Shown here piece by piece: positions 34,127-43,821 of a DNA stretch of 56,488 nt (position 1 is its first letter; each line of letters opens with the position of its first letter). The stretch covers positions 1-56,488 of IMG/VR virus record IMGVR_UViG_3300044701_000673; one strand, given 5' to 3'. The translations under genes and the position numbers were made by a program. This DNA comes from a virus. Its lineage: Duplodnaviria > Caudoviricetes. The notes below the pieces were generated by a model that did not search any database, was not told the DNA's origin, and saw nothing but the letters and a program-made list of their open reading frames with translations.

Positions 34127-35325
34127 CAGAACGTACCCCCGTTCACTGTGCCAGAAGGCGCAACACCCAGCGCTGTCCACGCGGCGTTCTGGTCAACCGC
34201 CGTAAACAGGGCAATGCCGGTCGTCGTGCCGCCGAGATTAATCCGCGCGCCGCTGGCCGTCGTAGAGCCCGTGCCGCCTTGGTTGATCAGCACGGGGATC
34301 GACACCGTTGACGTGTCGGCGTCCAGCATGTCGCTGCCGTCGGAATAGAGGATTGCGCGCGAGCCTTGGTTCACTGTAACGCCGCCGCCGCCCACCACCT
34401 CCACATCAAGCGTGAACGAGCCCGTCGTCTGGTTATCAACCCAATACTGCTGCACTGTGGCTGGGCAGACGACGGCACGGTTGCCCGTCAGCGTCCCCGT
34501 AAACCGATAGGCGATGCGGTTAAGTTCAGTGCCGGTCAGCGTGTAGTCGCCCGTGCCGGAGACATCGATGACCGTATAATCGAACGCGAAGGTGGCCGAC
34601 TGGCCGAAGCCAATGGTGTAAAGGTCGCTGCCGTCGCTCGCAATAATCGCAGACTCTCCCGGCTGGAAAGCCAGCGTAGAGTTGCCATTAATTTCCGACG
34701 TGCCGGGGGCGTCAACCACGATGTTGCCGCTGCCGCTGTTGCGCAGATAGATGAACCAGTTGTTACCGACAACAGCCGGATCAGGCATCGTCAGCGTGCC
34801 CGCGCCACCAGTCCAGTTGAACATCTCGGCGCGGTCGCTTGGCCCTGCCGTGTAGTTGCTGTTGAAGGTGACAATCGGCACCGACTGGCTCAACAGAGCA
34901 CCAACGGCAACGATGCCCGTGCCAGCCAGCGCCGAGGCGTCGGCGATAGATGTCGTTGACCCGTACTGCAGGGATTGCCAGTTGCCCGCCGCCGTTGTGT
35001 TGTTCGTCAGGTAGACCTGCCACAGCGTGCCAGCCGCGATGGTGACCACCTGAACATTAGCGGCGTTGCGAACCGTGAAGGTGTGCGCGCCCTTGTTGTT
35101 GAACAGGATGGTGTTGCCGGTGCCGCTCTTATTTGCGTCGGGCAGCACGATGCTGAGCCCGGCCGTAGACGGCGTGACGTCGATGATACGGGTGGCAAGG
35201 TTTACGTTGGTGGAGGTTTCCTCCGGCCAGCTCAGAACAACATCCGCAGAAAGCGCGATGGCGCTGTAGCTGATCTCGCTGGGATAAATGTTCGCGCCGC
35301 CGAACACATCTGTGTAGATAGGCAT
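34126..35325 (-). CDS. Tail-associated structural protein
   Basis: T/G/S/N beta-rich; GGTGSTTASGARINLG; ends NGGTF. Confidence 0.65.
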   Translation of the reverse strand: MPIYTDVFGGANIYPSEISYSAIALSADVVLSWPEETSTNVNLATRIIDVTPSTAGLSIVLPDANKSGTGNTILFNNKGAHTFTVRNAANVQVVTIAAGTLWQVYLTNNTTAAGNWQSLQYGSTTSIADASALAGTGIVAVGALLSQSVPIVTFNSNYTAGPSDRAEMFNWTGGAGTLTMPDPAVVGNNWFIYLRNSGSGNIVVDAPGTSEINGNSTLAFQPGESAIIASDGSDLYTIGFGQSATFAFDYTVIDVSGTGDYTLTGTELNRIAYRFTGTLTGNRAVVCPATVQQYWVDNQTTGSFTLDVEVVGGGGVTVNQGSRAILYSDGSDMLDADTSTVSIPVLINQGGTGSTTASGARINLGGTTTGIALFTAVDQNAAWTALGVAPSGTVNGGTF

Positions 35326-35957
35326 TACGCTTCGCTCCTATTCGCCGAACGATCCATGATGCGCTTCAGGTCTTCTCCGTTCAGAGCCTGAGCGGAACGG
35401 TCGTACATTCCTTGCCAAATCTGAATGCGCTCGTCGCTCTTGAGGAACGGTGCCGCTTCGAGCAGCGCCGCATAGAGCAGCAGGTCTGGCGCGTATTCAG
35501 TGAGCCAGTTGGTTTGAAAGTCATCGCCCAAGAAGCGAGGCTGCTCGTAGTAGAGAACCTCAAGCGTCTGAACGGTCGCGGGCGATGGCGTGATCAGCCA
35601 GTGCTGATAGTCGTAGTCAGCATAGAACTGAGGTGCGCCCGTTTGGGCCTCATCGGGCCAGTAGCTGCGGCAGTATTCATAGGACCGCGCAAAGATCGGA
35701 GATCCGTTGACCGTCATGCTGATGGTATCGCGCCACCGATCCGGCTTGAGGTAGACCGCGACACCCGCCTGCAGCGGCGTCTGCACCGCGCGGATAAAGC
35801 CTTGGATCTTCAGCTCACGCGCAATCCGGCGCTCGCCCAGCGTAATCAAACGGGGCAGCTGCTCGTAGACGATCTGATCGCTCTCAGCGGTAAAACCACG
35901 CTCAAGATAACGGCGCACGTCCGTTAACAAGCTGTCATAGGTCATGCTGTATGCCAT
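35325..35957 (-). CDS. Head-tail adaptor / tail tubular A-like protein
   Basis: MTYDSL, I.LGERRIAREL, G.PQFYA, TNWL..YAPDLLLYAALLEAAPFLK. Confidence 0.75.
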   Translation of the reverse strand: MAYSMTYDSLLTDVRRYLERGFTAESDQIVYEQLPRLITLGERRIARELKIQGFIRAVQTPLQAGVAVYLKPDRWRDTISMTVNGSPIFARSYEYCRSYWPDEAQTGAPQFYADYDYQHWLITPSPATVQTLEVLYYEQPRFLGDDFQTNWLTEYAPDLLLYAALLEAAPFLKSDERIQIWQGMYDRSAQALNGEDLKRIMDRSANRSEA

Positions 35958-36010
35958 GCGGACTCCGGATTTAGTTTCCGCGGCTGTTGCAGCATGCGCC
36001 CGTGTGCGGA

Positions 36011-36040
36011 ATTATAGCCTTGAAAGGCGGTTAGAGGCAA
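36011..36040 (-). promoter_or_regulatory. Putative promoter for the tail/ejection operon
   Basis: TTGCCT-18-TATAAT; the -10 context matches 52688-52697. Confidence 0.55.
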
Positions 36041-36085
36041 CCCAATTCAGAATACCCCAAATTGAGCGTTAAAGAACTCTACCAT

Positions 36086-36952
36086 TTAACCGAGGAGTTT
36101 GGCGAGTGTCCTCGGGCCAGCGATGCCGTCGGCGGTCAAACCGTTTCTGGCTTGCCATTTTTTCAGGGCAGCCTCGGTGCCGGGCCCGAAGTCTCCGTCA
36201 GCCTTGATGCGAAGCGCGGCCTGCATTTTCTTGACGCCTTCACCCTTGGAGCCCTTGCGCAGCGTTTCAACGGGGGCAGCTTTGGCCGAGGCGGGCGCGG
36301 GGGGAGACACTCTGCCGCCCAGCGCTGCCATGGCCTTCGTATAGCGCGCTTGGCGGTCAGAAAGACCAATGTTCCCCCCGTTGATGATTTTCGTGAGGCG
36401 GGTCACATCCCCAGTGTCTGCGTCTGCGACTTCGTTCAGGTTGCGGCTGTCCCAGAACCACAGTGCGCTTTCAAGTGCGCCCTTCTTGGTCAATAGGTAG
36501 GCAGCGGCTTCCTCTGCGGTCATGCCGATGGTCTTACCAAAGGCTTCATGGTTTGCACGGCCGGTAACTTGTTTCAGACCTTTTCCTCTCATGGCCCAGC
36601 CGTCATTTTCCTTCACATTGCCTAAAGCACCCGCCTTAGAACGGTTCTTGTCCATGTAGACATAATTGGCCAGCTTCTGTGGGTTCCTTGCATACTCGTC
36701 CGGGTTCTCTTTTCCGGGGCCAAAGTAGCGCGGAAACACCTTCAAAAGGGTTTCGGTCTTGTACGAAAGCGCCTCCTCTAGCACCCGGAAGTCTAGGCTC
36801 TCATGGGCGCACTGGCTCACGAACGCCGCAATCCGCTTGTCGGTGGTGATGCCATACTTGGGCAGCATCTCGTTCAAAGCGGCGCACCACTCCTCAACCT
36901 CTTTGTTGGAGGGGATCATGGCGCGCAGTTGGTCAACGGTCAGCAGGGTCAT
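36086..36952 (-). CDS. Endolysin: GH19 (chitinase-like) plus peptidoglycan-binding domain
   Basis: RIAAFVSQCAHES, DGWAMRGKGLKQVTGRANH, TKIINGG.IGL.DR; LRKGSKG, ADGDFGPGT, ADGIAGPRT. Confidence 0.92.
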   Translation of the reverse strand: MTLLTVDQLRAMIPSNKEVEEWCAALNEMLPKYGITTDKRIAAFVSQCAHESLDFRVLEEALSYKTETLLKVFPRYFGPGKENPDEYARNPQKLANYVYMDKNRSKAGALGNVKENDGWAMRGKGLKQVTGRANHEAFGKTIGMTAEEAAAYLLTKKGALESALWFWDSRNLNEVADADTGDVTRLTKIINGGNIGLSDRQARYTKAMAALGGRVSPPAPASAKAAPVETLRKGSKGEGVKKMQAALRIKADGDFGPGTEAALKKWQARNGLTADGIAGPRTLAKLLG

Positions 36953-37206
36953 TTCTTTGGCTTCCTAACCCGCATCTTCTTGGCAACCGCATCCATCACG
37001 GCTTCTTTCGCCACGTCTTGGCCCGTGCTGCCGAGCAGGTCACCGACGTTGCCCGTGGCCGCCGCCTTGATCGCGTTTTCTACCGGGTCAGGCAGGTTCA
37101 CCTTGTCCAGCACTGCGTCCACGGCCTTCTCTTTGAGCCTGCGGCCCATGAACATTCCTACGATGCGTCCGATCATCGCGCTCAGTTGGGCTTTGATAAA
37201 GCTCAT
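36949..37206 (-). CDS. Lysis-module hypothetical protein
   Basis: ORF coupled between holin and endolysin. Confidence 0.6.
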   Translation of the reverse strand: MSFIKAQLSAMIGRIVGMFMGRRLKEKAVDAVLDKVNLPDPVENAIKAAATGNVGDLLGSTGQDVAKEAVMDAVAKKMRVRKPKK

Positions 37207-37598
37207 TTGGCAATTCCTTTTTGCTTTTCGTAGGTCCGCAGGCCGCCGAGACCAAGCATGCCCATCATCACGGTCATCAGCGATGCCATGTCGAACTCAG
37301 GCAGAGCTGGCAGTTCCACCCCAGCAGTCAGAACGCCAAAGACAATGACCGGCTGGAGGACGAAGTGATAGGCAAACGCACCACCACAGACCCAACCAAT
37401 AAAGGGACGCCATCCGCCTTTGAAAAGGGAGCCGGATGCGGCCTCTGCTTTGTTCACGTCGATCTGCGCGACGGCCAGTTCTTGCGCGTGGCGTTCGGCC
37501 ATCGTGGAGAGTTCGTAGGCCAACTTGGCTTTTTGATCCTTGTCCTCGATGAACTTGTCGAGAAGCCCGGTGACGGGACCGATTAAATTACCCAGCAT
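37203..37598 (-). CDS. Holin of 3TMs (GTA-type)
   Basis: QIDVNKAEA, GWRPFIGWVCG, MLGLGGLRTYEK. Confidence 0.85.
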   Translation of the reverse strand: MLGNLIGPVTGLLDKFIEDKDQKAKLAYELSTMAERHAQELAVAQIDVNKAEAASGSLFKGGWRPFIGWVCGGAFAYHFVLQPVIVFGVLTAGVELPALPEFDMASLMTVMMGMLGLGGLRTYEKQKGIAK

Positions 37599-37625
37599 CT
37601 TGGTTATCCTCCGATTTGAGTCTGA

Positions 37626-37907
37626 TCATTGTAGCGGCTCCTGTGTTGGCGGCTCGTCGTCGTTGCGTTTATTTCGACTGTTGCCAGCGGCTAGCACCCC
37701 AGACAAAGCGCCTACTAGAAACGAGGTGATTGGCGTGAGGATGGAGAACAAAGCCCGGTCGTTCTCAGAGCTTTCACCGAGAGGCTGGGTTACGAACACC
37801 AGCGAGTAAAGAATGATGAAGATGCTGCCGCCTAAGATCATAGTTAGAGACACGCCAATGAAGTAGCGCAGCTTGGCTTCGAGAAATTCAGGATCGTTCT
37901 TGCTCAT
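37626..37907 (-). CDS. Two-TM membrane protein
   Basis: Two long hydrophobic segments. Confidence 0.7.
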   Translation of the reverse strand: MSKNDPEFLEAKLRYFIGVSLTMILGGSIFIILYSLVFVTQPLGESSENDRALFSILTPITSFLVGALSGVLAAGNSRNKRNDDEPPTQEPLQ

Positions 37908-38095
37908 GGCGAAGCTCCTCCGGTTAGATCGTCGGCACAGTTCTTAGTTCGAAGGCAGATCGGGGGCTGGCACTCAAGTGCGCTCCAATTTTTTGGGTCT
38001 TGGCACGGATAGCGATACCAACCGTCGCCGCTGAAATAGAATACCAATGCAATACCAATTGCAAAGGCAGGCCATATCCAGTGTTCAAGTGACAT
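37904..38095 (-). CDS. Small membrane-anchored Cys-rich protein
   Basis: N-terminal TM, then YRYPCQDPKNW..ECQPPIC..C. Confidence 0.65.
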   Translation of the reverse strand: MSLEHWIWPAFAIGIALVFYFSGDGWYRYPCQDPKNWSALECQPPICLRTKNCADDLTGGASP

Positions 38096-38586
38096 CACCA
38101 CCTCCCCAGATAGACGCCCCAGAAGTACAGGCCGATGCCAGACAGCGCCATTGTGACCAAGATTATACCCGCCCAAAGCAAAAAATCCATGATCGATTCG
38201 ATCATCTCCCGCCGACGGTAAACCTGATCTTGCTGCTGTTGCCTCACCCGGCGCTCAATGGCCTGAAACTCTAGCCAAGCATCTTGCCCGTAAGTATATG
38301 ATATTAATTGCATTAATTCTTTCCGCTGCTGTTGGCACTGCTTCTGCGCTGCGAAAATATCAATGGCGCTTTTTTGGTTGCTGCCGCCGAACAGCGTCTT
38401 GAACACGCCCGGAGGCTCGTTGGCCTTCTCTGCAGCGTACGCGATATCAGAGACAGCCTTGCCCCACTCCGACAGCTGAGACGCCATGTCTTGGATTTCA
38501 CGACCAGCGGCGATGCCTTGTTTGAGGAGGCTGAAGGCCTTGCTGCCAACGCTGATGGCCATGCCAATGCTAACGGGATCAAACAT
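38095..38586 (-). CDS. Membrane protein
   Basis: MFDPVSI N-terminus, coiled coil, C-terminal TM. Confidence 0.7.
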   Translation of the reverse strand: MFDPVSIGMAISVGSKAFSLLKQGIAAGREIQDMASQLSEWGKAVSDIAYAAEKANEPPGVFKTLFGGSNQKSAIDIFAAQKQCQQQRKELMQLISYTYGQDAWLEFQAIERRVRQQQQDQVYRRREMIESIMDFLLWAGIILVTMALSGIGLYFWGVYLGRW

Positions 38587-38614
38587 CTTAAGCTCCTAAG
38601 CATTTAGGGAGCCC

Positions 38615-39376
38615 TTATGTTCTCCCCAATGCGCTGTACGTTTTCGTCATGTCAGCCCGAGTAAAGGGCTGATAGTTTTGTTTCAGGTGTTTTGGCATTG
38701 GGATCTCCCGGATCTCCGCCCCCGTTTCAGAGGCGACACGCCGAGCAACATGCATGAACGACTGCGCCGTTCCCGTGCCGACATTATACACACCCGAGAG
38801 GGGTAGGTCAAAGAAGCGCTTATGAATGTCGATGACTGTTTCGACCGGGACGAAGTCGCGCAGGAAATTCTCGCTGCCCTCAAACACCTTGATCACACCG
38901 TCAGCCGCCTGCCGCCGGAAGAGGCTATGCGGCGACGGCTGATCCTTGTGATCTTCGTGCGGGCCATAGACGTTGAAGTACCGAAAGAGCTGCACGGGAA
39001 CCGACCAGTTATGGCGCTCGACGTATTTCTCCACGATGAACTTAGACAGCGCGTAAGGGTTCAGTGGCTGCGGCTTGTCGGTCTCAACGAAGGTGGTGTT
39101 GTCTGGCCCATATACGGCAGCCGACGAGGCGATCTGGATGGGAATGCCACGCTCCTCGCAGGCTGTGATAAGGCGCACGGAAGAGATGACGTTCTGCTGC
39201 AAGAGCGCGTCCCAATCCCGACATGCCGTGCTGCTGATGGCGCCGAGGTGAATGACCCGCTCTATGCCGTCAAGGTTAGGCTCGCCGTCGCCCCACTCGT
39301 GGCCCACCGAACCCGGCAGAGCCTCCATCATGTTCTGGCCGATGAAGCCGCGATGTCCGGTGATCAGAATGGCCAT
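38615..39376 (-). CDS. hldD: ADP-L-glycero-D-manno-heptose 6-epimerase-like extended SDR
   Basis: ITGHRGFIG, HLGAISST, ASSAAVYG, PLNPYALSK, RYFNVYGPHEDHK, RDFV, YQPFTRAD. Confidence 0.82.
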   Translation of the reverse strand: MAILITGHRGFIGQNMMEALPGSVGHEWGDGEPNLDGIERVIHLGAISSTACRDWDALLQQNVISSVRLITACEERGIPIQIASSAAVYGPDNTTFVETDKPQPLNPYALSKFIVEKYVERHNWSVPVQLFRYFNVYGPHEDHKDQPSPHSLFRRQAADGVIKVFEGSENFLRDFVPVETVIDIHKRFFDLPLSGVYNVGTGTAQSFMHVARRVASETGAEIREIPMPKHLKQNYQPFTRADMTKTYSALGRT

Positions 39377-39645
39377 TGTGCTTTGTCATCCACCCAAACG
39401 TCATAGGACGGCTTCCCCATCCACAACTGGTGATACTTGCACCCCCACTGGTCAAGCTGGCTTTTTGTCAGCTCCGACCAGTCTGTGCTCGAGGCCATGC
39501 CGCGTGCGGTCCAATAGATGATCTCGTGGCCCTGATCGTACAGATCGTTGATCTGCGAGATCCGGTCGATGTAGGGCTCAGCGTCATGGTAGGCGCTGGC
39601 GGTCTGACTGCAAATGGTGCCATCAATGTCTACGACATACCTCAA
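39364..39645 (-). CDS. Small HAD-superfamily phosphatase
   Basis: VVDIDGTIC, YWTARG, MGKP..D.WVDDKA; TTG start overlapping the upstream TGA. Confidence 0.75.
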   Translation of the reverse strand: MRYVVDIDGTICSQTASAYHDAEPYIDRISQINDLYDQGHEIIYWTARGMASSTDWSELTKSQLDQWGCKYHQLWMGKPSYDVWVDDKAQWPF

Positions 39646-40049
39646 CGCAAAACTCTCCCACGCTGCAGGGTCGATGACAGCCCGTGGCGTCGTCGGTTGT
39701 AGTGGATCTTCACTCCGAGCTGCTCGCACAAATCTTTGCCGGTGAAGTTCTTGCCCTTGTACTCCTCGCCAACGATGCGGACGGCGGGGCAAAGGAGAGC
39801 GATCAGGCGCTCAAGTTCTGCCTCCGTCTGGTACGTGATGATTTGAGAAACGTATCGTACTGCGCTGAGTTGGATGTGCCGCTCGGACAGATCTTGCATC
39901 GGCTTTGATTTGCTTGGTCGCTCAAGGCTCGGGTCAACGTGCAGCGCGCAGACAAGGACATCGCACAGGGATGCGGCCTCCTCCAGCATGGCGATGTGCC
40001 CCGCGTGCAGCATGTCAAAGGCGGAGGCCGTGAACCCGACGGTTTTCAT
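39642..40049 (-). CDS. Cytidylyltransferase (TagD-like)
   Basis: FTASAFDMLHAGH (HxGH), ER.IQL.AVRYV, GEEY, R.H..SST. Confidence 0.82.
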   Translation of the reverse strand: MKTVGFTASAFDMLHAGHIAMLEEAASLCDVLVCALHVDPSLERPSKSKPMQDLSERHIQLSAVRYVSQIITYQTEAELERLIALLCPAVRIVGEEYKGKNFTGKDLCEQLGVKIHYNRRRHGLSSTLQRGRVLR

Positions 40050-40765
40050 GTCTTCTTCACCGCGTAGACGCCCGGATGCGTGCAGGCTTGGGCCGCATAG
40101 ACGTTGGCCGCCGAGAGGGCTGACGGCATGTCGCTGTCCTTGGTGTAGTGGTAGGCCAGCGCCGCGAGGAAGGTGTCGCCAGCGCCGCAGACGTCCACCA
40201 CGTCAACCTTGGGTGCGGAGAAGTTCTCGCCCTTGTACCAGCATCCGCCAGCGCCGCACGTCACGATCAGATCGTCCGGCTCGCTTTTCAGCTTGTCATG
40301 CTCAACGCTATTGATCTTGAATATCGGGCCTGACAGCGGCTTCAGGTGCGTCTTCTTGGTGTCAACAAAGATCGGCCCCCGGTAGGCGTTGATGAGCGCC
40401 AATAGGTTGTCTTGGGTGATGAAGCCCTTGTTGTAGTCCGACACGACGATGGCGTCTAACTTAGAATAGAACTCAGGCGTGTTGACCTTGTAGGGCTGGC
40501 TCTGAGCGTCCTGATCCACGCGCATGAGCTGGGTCACCCCATCCTCAGCATAGAAGCGCGTCTTCTTGGAATATGGCTCAGACGGGAAGTGAACGGTGAC
40601 GTCGCAGAAGGCGCGAAGGTTCTCAGCCACGTTGGCCGCCATGCCGGGTGATCGGCGGGTGTGCGTCTGCCGCAGGAGGGTGGCCGCCGCCTCGGGGTTC
40701 TTCCGCTCCGTCGTCCCGTAGACATAAATGTCCTCGCAGACGTCGCCGATGACGAGGATCAGCAT
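40046..40765 (-). CDS. PfkB-family sugar kinase (HldE kinase / HldA-like)
   Basis: VIGD..D.Y.YG..R.NPEA, GMAANVA.NL, VSDYNKG, FVDTK, DVCGAGDTFLA. Confidence 0.85.
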   Translation of the reverse strand: MLILVIGDVCEDIYVYGTTERKNPEAAATLLRQTHTRRSPGMAANVAENLRAFCDVTVHFPSEPYSKKTRFYAEDGVTQLMRVDQDAQSQPYKVNTPEFYSKLDAIVVSDYNKGFITQDNLLALINAYRGPIFVDTKKTHLKPLSGPIFKINSVEHDKLKSEPDDLIVTCGAGGCWYKGENFSAPKVDVVDVCGAGDTFLAALAYHYTKDSDMPSALSAANVYAAQACTHPGVYAVKKT

Positions 40766-41109
40766 CCTTGACTGTCTCCCGGCAGGACGCGGAAATTGTC
40801 CTCAACGGTGTCTTGGCTTGAAACCTCAATGATGATGCCGGGGCCTTCTACGCAGTGCAGTTGGTGAGGCAGGAGGGGCGCATTGCGCCAGACATCTCCC
40901 TTGCGGAGATACTGAGAGTGCGGGGTCGCGGTCTTGGTGTCTATGGTCGTGAGTTTGAAGACGCCATCAAGGACGTACCACGTCTCGTCCTTGTCCCGAT
41001 GAAAGTGCATCGAGAACTTCCTCCCCGGCTCGAAGCAGAGAAGTTTCCCACAGTAGGTCTCCGTCGAGGCAAAAATCTCCTCGTGTCCCCAACCCTTTTC
41101 GACGCGCAT
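40759..41109 (-). CDS. Cupin (sugar-phosphate isomerase-like)
   Basis: [35 protein letters not shown]. Confidence 0.78.
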   Translation of the reverse strand: MRVEKGWGHEEIFASTETYCGKLLCFEPGRKFSMHFHRDKDETWYVLDGVFKLTTIDTKTATPHSQYLRKGDVWRNAPLLPHQLHCVEGPGIIIEVSSQDTVEDNFRVLPGDSQGC

Positions 41110-41482
41110 GCTCAATAATCCCTGTCGTTGATTTGTCGGCAACGTAAGGGATTACGACGACCTTTGCCAAGTCTCTTCCGACAATATTATTTGCGCTATA
41201 GTCACCGCCTTTAGTGATGACGTCAGGACGCAGGCTTTTGATCAGCTCGTAGGGGGTGTCCTCGTCAAAGATCACCACCTCGTCAACGCAGGCCAGCGCC
41301 CGCAGAACCTCGGCCCGATCCTCTTGGGAATTGATGGGACGATCTGGGCCCTTGATCCGCCGGACGGATGCGTCAGAGTTCAGGCCGACGACCAGCTTTG
41401 TGCCGAGCGCTTTTGACGCCTGCAGGTATCGGATGTGGCCGACGTGCAGAATGTCGAAGCAGCCGTTGGTGAAGACTAGCAT
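40967..41482 (-). CDS. Heptose-1-phosphate nucleotidyltransferase (HldE C-domain / HldC-like)
   Basis: [45 protein letters not shown]. Confidence 0.9.
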   Translation of the reverse strand: MLVFTNGCFDILHVGHIRYLQASKALGTKLVVGLNSDASVRRIKGPDRPINSQEDRAEVLRALACVDEVVIFDEDTPYELIKSLRPDVITKGGDYSANNIVGRDLAKVVVIPYVADKSTTGIIEHARRKGLGTRGDFCLDGDLLWETSLLRAGEEVLDALSSGQGRDVVRP

Positions 41483-42168
41483 GACAGGTCGTCGTTGCGA
41501 AGGGTGCTCCTGCCCTCTTTCGGGCGGCCCAAGATCGTCGTCTCTTGGTCTTTCACGTCATATGCGAAGACGCCCATCTGGTGGATCGGGAAGATGTCGG
41601 CGCGCAAGAGAATGTCGAGCGGGGCGTTGATCCCGTACTTCAGGACGTGGGCCAGCATGTTCTTGGCCACGGCAGGATCGACGGCATAAGCGTGAGCCCG
41701 GCAGATGAAGTGGTAGTTGGGCCCCTCGCTGGCATGCGGCGGCGTTGGCATGACACCCCAGCCTTGGTTCACCTGCTCGTTGCTGCCGAGATAGCAGATC
41801 GAGTTGAAGACGGCGTGCTGCGTATAGGGCTGCACCATGACGGCGTCATGCTCAAGGATCACGAGCGGTCGGTCTTCCAACACGCACTTCTGCCAGAGGC
41901 TGATGTGGCTCAGGGCGCAGGCCACCTCGCCTCGGGTCATGTAGTGGTCGGTGACCTTGACCATGGCAGGCACGCCGCCGTGGTGCTCTGGCGGCTGGAT
42001 CGGGTTCTGGATGCCGTCGTAGGCGTCCCAATACATCCACGGCATGCCAGCCAGATCGCAGCTCTCTGCTGCGCGCTGCGCCTTCTGCATCGACATCTCA
42101 TGGTTCGGGATGCGGATGATGTAGGCTTTGGTGACGGACTGGTTGTAGTTGTAGTTGAGGGATTTCAC
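41476..42168 (-). CDS. Glycosyltransferase family 25-like
   Basis: [35 protein letters not shown]. Confidence 0.75.
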   Translation of the reverse strand: MKSLNYNYNQSVTKAYIIRIPNHEMSMQKAQRAAESCDLAGMPWMYWDAYDGIQNPIQPPEHHGGVPAMVKVTDHYMTRGEVACALSHISLWQKCVLEDRPLVILEHDAVMVQPYTQHAVFNSICYLGSNEQVNQGWGVMPTPPHASEGPNYHFICRAHAYAVDPAVAKNMLAHVLKYGINAPLDILLRADIFPIHQMGVFAYDVKDQETTILGRPKEGRSTLRNDDLSC

Positions 42169-42171
42169 GGG

Positions 42172-43383
42172 TTAGCCTTTGGTGATGGCGTGGACATGGT
42201 CACTGCCCACCGAAACCTGCATCCAGTTGGTCGACGCACCAATTTGAACAGGGCTGGACTTAGCAACAACAGTGCCGTCGCCGATTTGACCAAATGGGTT
42301 GTTACCCCACGAAAAAAGAGTGCTCGACGTCGTGACGCAAGCGCTGTTAGTAAGCCCCGCTGAAACCCCCGCCCAGTTTGTTAACGCGCCGACTTGAACA
42401 GGGCTGGAGCGGCTAATCGTGTCCCCAAGGCCAAGACGCCCTTGACCGTTACTACCCCAAATAAATAGAGTGCCCCCCGCTGTAGTGCAGGCTGTGTGTT
42501 GACCCCCCGCTGAAACCTGCGCCCAGTTTGTTAGTGCGCCGACTTGAACAGGACTAGAAAGGTTGATGCCGTTGTTGTGGCCGAGCTGACCGTCGCTGCC
42601 GTTCCCCCATGAAAAAAGGGTGCTGTCAGTCTTGACGCAAGCGGTTAGGTTTCCACCGGCTGAAACCTGCGCCCAGTTTGTTAAAGCGCCCACTTGAACA
42701 GGACTAGAGCGATTGATGATTGTGCCGTCGCCAAGCATGCCTTTTCCGTTGTAGCCCCACGACCACAAAGTTCCGTCAGTTTTAACGCAGGCAGTATGCA
42801 AACCGCCCGCTGAAACCTGCGCCCAGTTTGTTAAAGCGCCCACTTGAACAGGACTAGAGCGATTGATGATTGTGCCGTCGCCAAGCCGCCCATAGCTGCC
42901 GTCCCCCCACGTGAACAGCGTACCATCCGTCTTGACACAAGCCATGTGATCTAGGCCCGATGAAACCTGCGCCCAGTTAGTTAGTGCGCCAACTTGAACA
43001 GGACTAGAAGAAGACGCAACACTGTCGTGCCCTAGTCGGCCACTGGCTCCGTTACCCCACGTAAAAAGTGTGCCCGCCGTCGTAACACTTGCGGCTTGAC
43101 TCCGGCCCGATGAAACCTGCGCCCAGTTAGTTAACGCACCAATCTGAACAGGACTAGACTTGTCGATGACAGTGCCGTCGCCAAGCTGCCCGCTGGGACT
43201 GTTGTCCCCCCAAGCATAAAGCTCCCTCGGCAAAACCTTCTGCGGCCAGTTCCCCGCCTTTTGCAACCCAAGCTGCTCAGCCAGCGTCCAGACGCCAGAC
43301 GCGGAACCGCCCTCGCCGTCAACGGGTGCGACGACCGTGGGCGGTGTCTTGCTGATTACGCCACCGGGGAAGCGGTCGCCCAT
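42172..43383 (-). CDS. RCC1-repeat beta-propeller protein 3
   Basis: Seven about 50-aa repeats WG....G[QR]LG......SSPVQ[VI]GALTNWAQVS.G. Confidence 0.92.
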   Translation of the reverse strand: MGDRFPGGVISKTPPTVVAPVDGEGGSASGVWTLAEQLGLQKAGNWPQKVLPRELYAWGDNSPSGQLGDGTVIDKSSPVQIGALTNWAQVSSGRSQAASVTTAGTLFTWGNGASGRLGHDSVASSSSPVQVGALTNWAQVSSGLDHMACVKTDGTLFTWGDGSYGRLGDGTIINRSSPVQVGALTNWAQVSAGGLHTACVKTDGTLWSWGYNGKGMLGDGTIINRSSPVQVGALTNWAQVSAGGNLTACVKTDSTLFSWGNGSDGQLGHNNGINLSSPVQVGALTNWAQVSAGGQHTACTTAGGTLFIWGSNGQGRLGLGDTISRSSPVQVGALTNWAGVSAGLTNSACVTTSSTLFSWGNNPFGQIGDGTVVAKSSPVQIGASTNWMQVSVGSDHVHAITKG

Positions 43384-43395
43384 CGGAAATACTCC

Positions 43396-43821
43396 TTACA
43401 GAGCGTCAACAGCCTCGTGGGTCGTCGCAGCGGCGATCTCGTCCATGCGGGCCTCAAAGACAACGCGAGCCGCATCCACGACAGCAGCGTCATACTGCGT
43501 CTCGGGATACTGGTCGGTTTCCTTGGCAACCTCTGCGTCAACCACAGCCTTAAACTCAGCCTTGGCAGACCCCCGCAAGCCATCCTTGCGCTCGTCAACC
43601 TCAAGCTCGCGCTTCGACCAAACGATCTGCGCAGGCTCAACGTCGATGTCGATCAGGTGCGTGGTCATCATCTCGCGGTTAGCCACAAGATCAGGCATGA
43701 CTTCTACGGCCTCGCGCCAGCCGGGCTCAGACGCCAGCTTGTCAGCCGACGGCTTGTAGTCCCAAACGTCTTTGACTTGGCCGTTTTTGACGCGAATCCA
43801 GTAGCCCGTTTTCGTAGGCAT
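43396..43821 (-). CDS. Hypothetical protein (possible fibre chaperone/adaptor)
   Basis: 141 aa; C-terminal IAAATTHEAVDAL resembles fibre-assembly proteins. Confidence 0.55.
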   Translation of the reverse strand: MPTKTGYWIRVKNGQVKDVWDYKPSADKLASEPGWREAVEVMPDLVANREMMTTHLIDIDVEPAQIVWSKRELEVDERKDGLRGSAKAEFKAVVDAEVAKETDQYPETQYDAAVVDAARVVFEARMDEIAAATTHEAVDAL

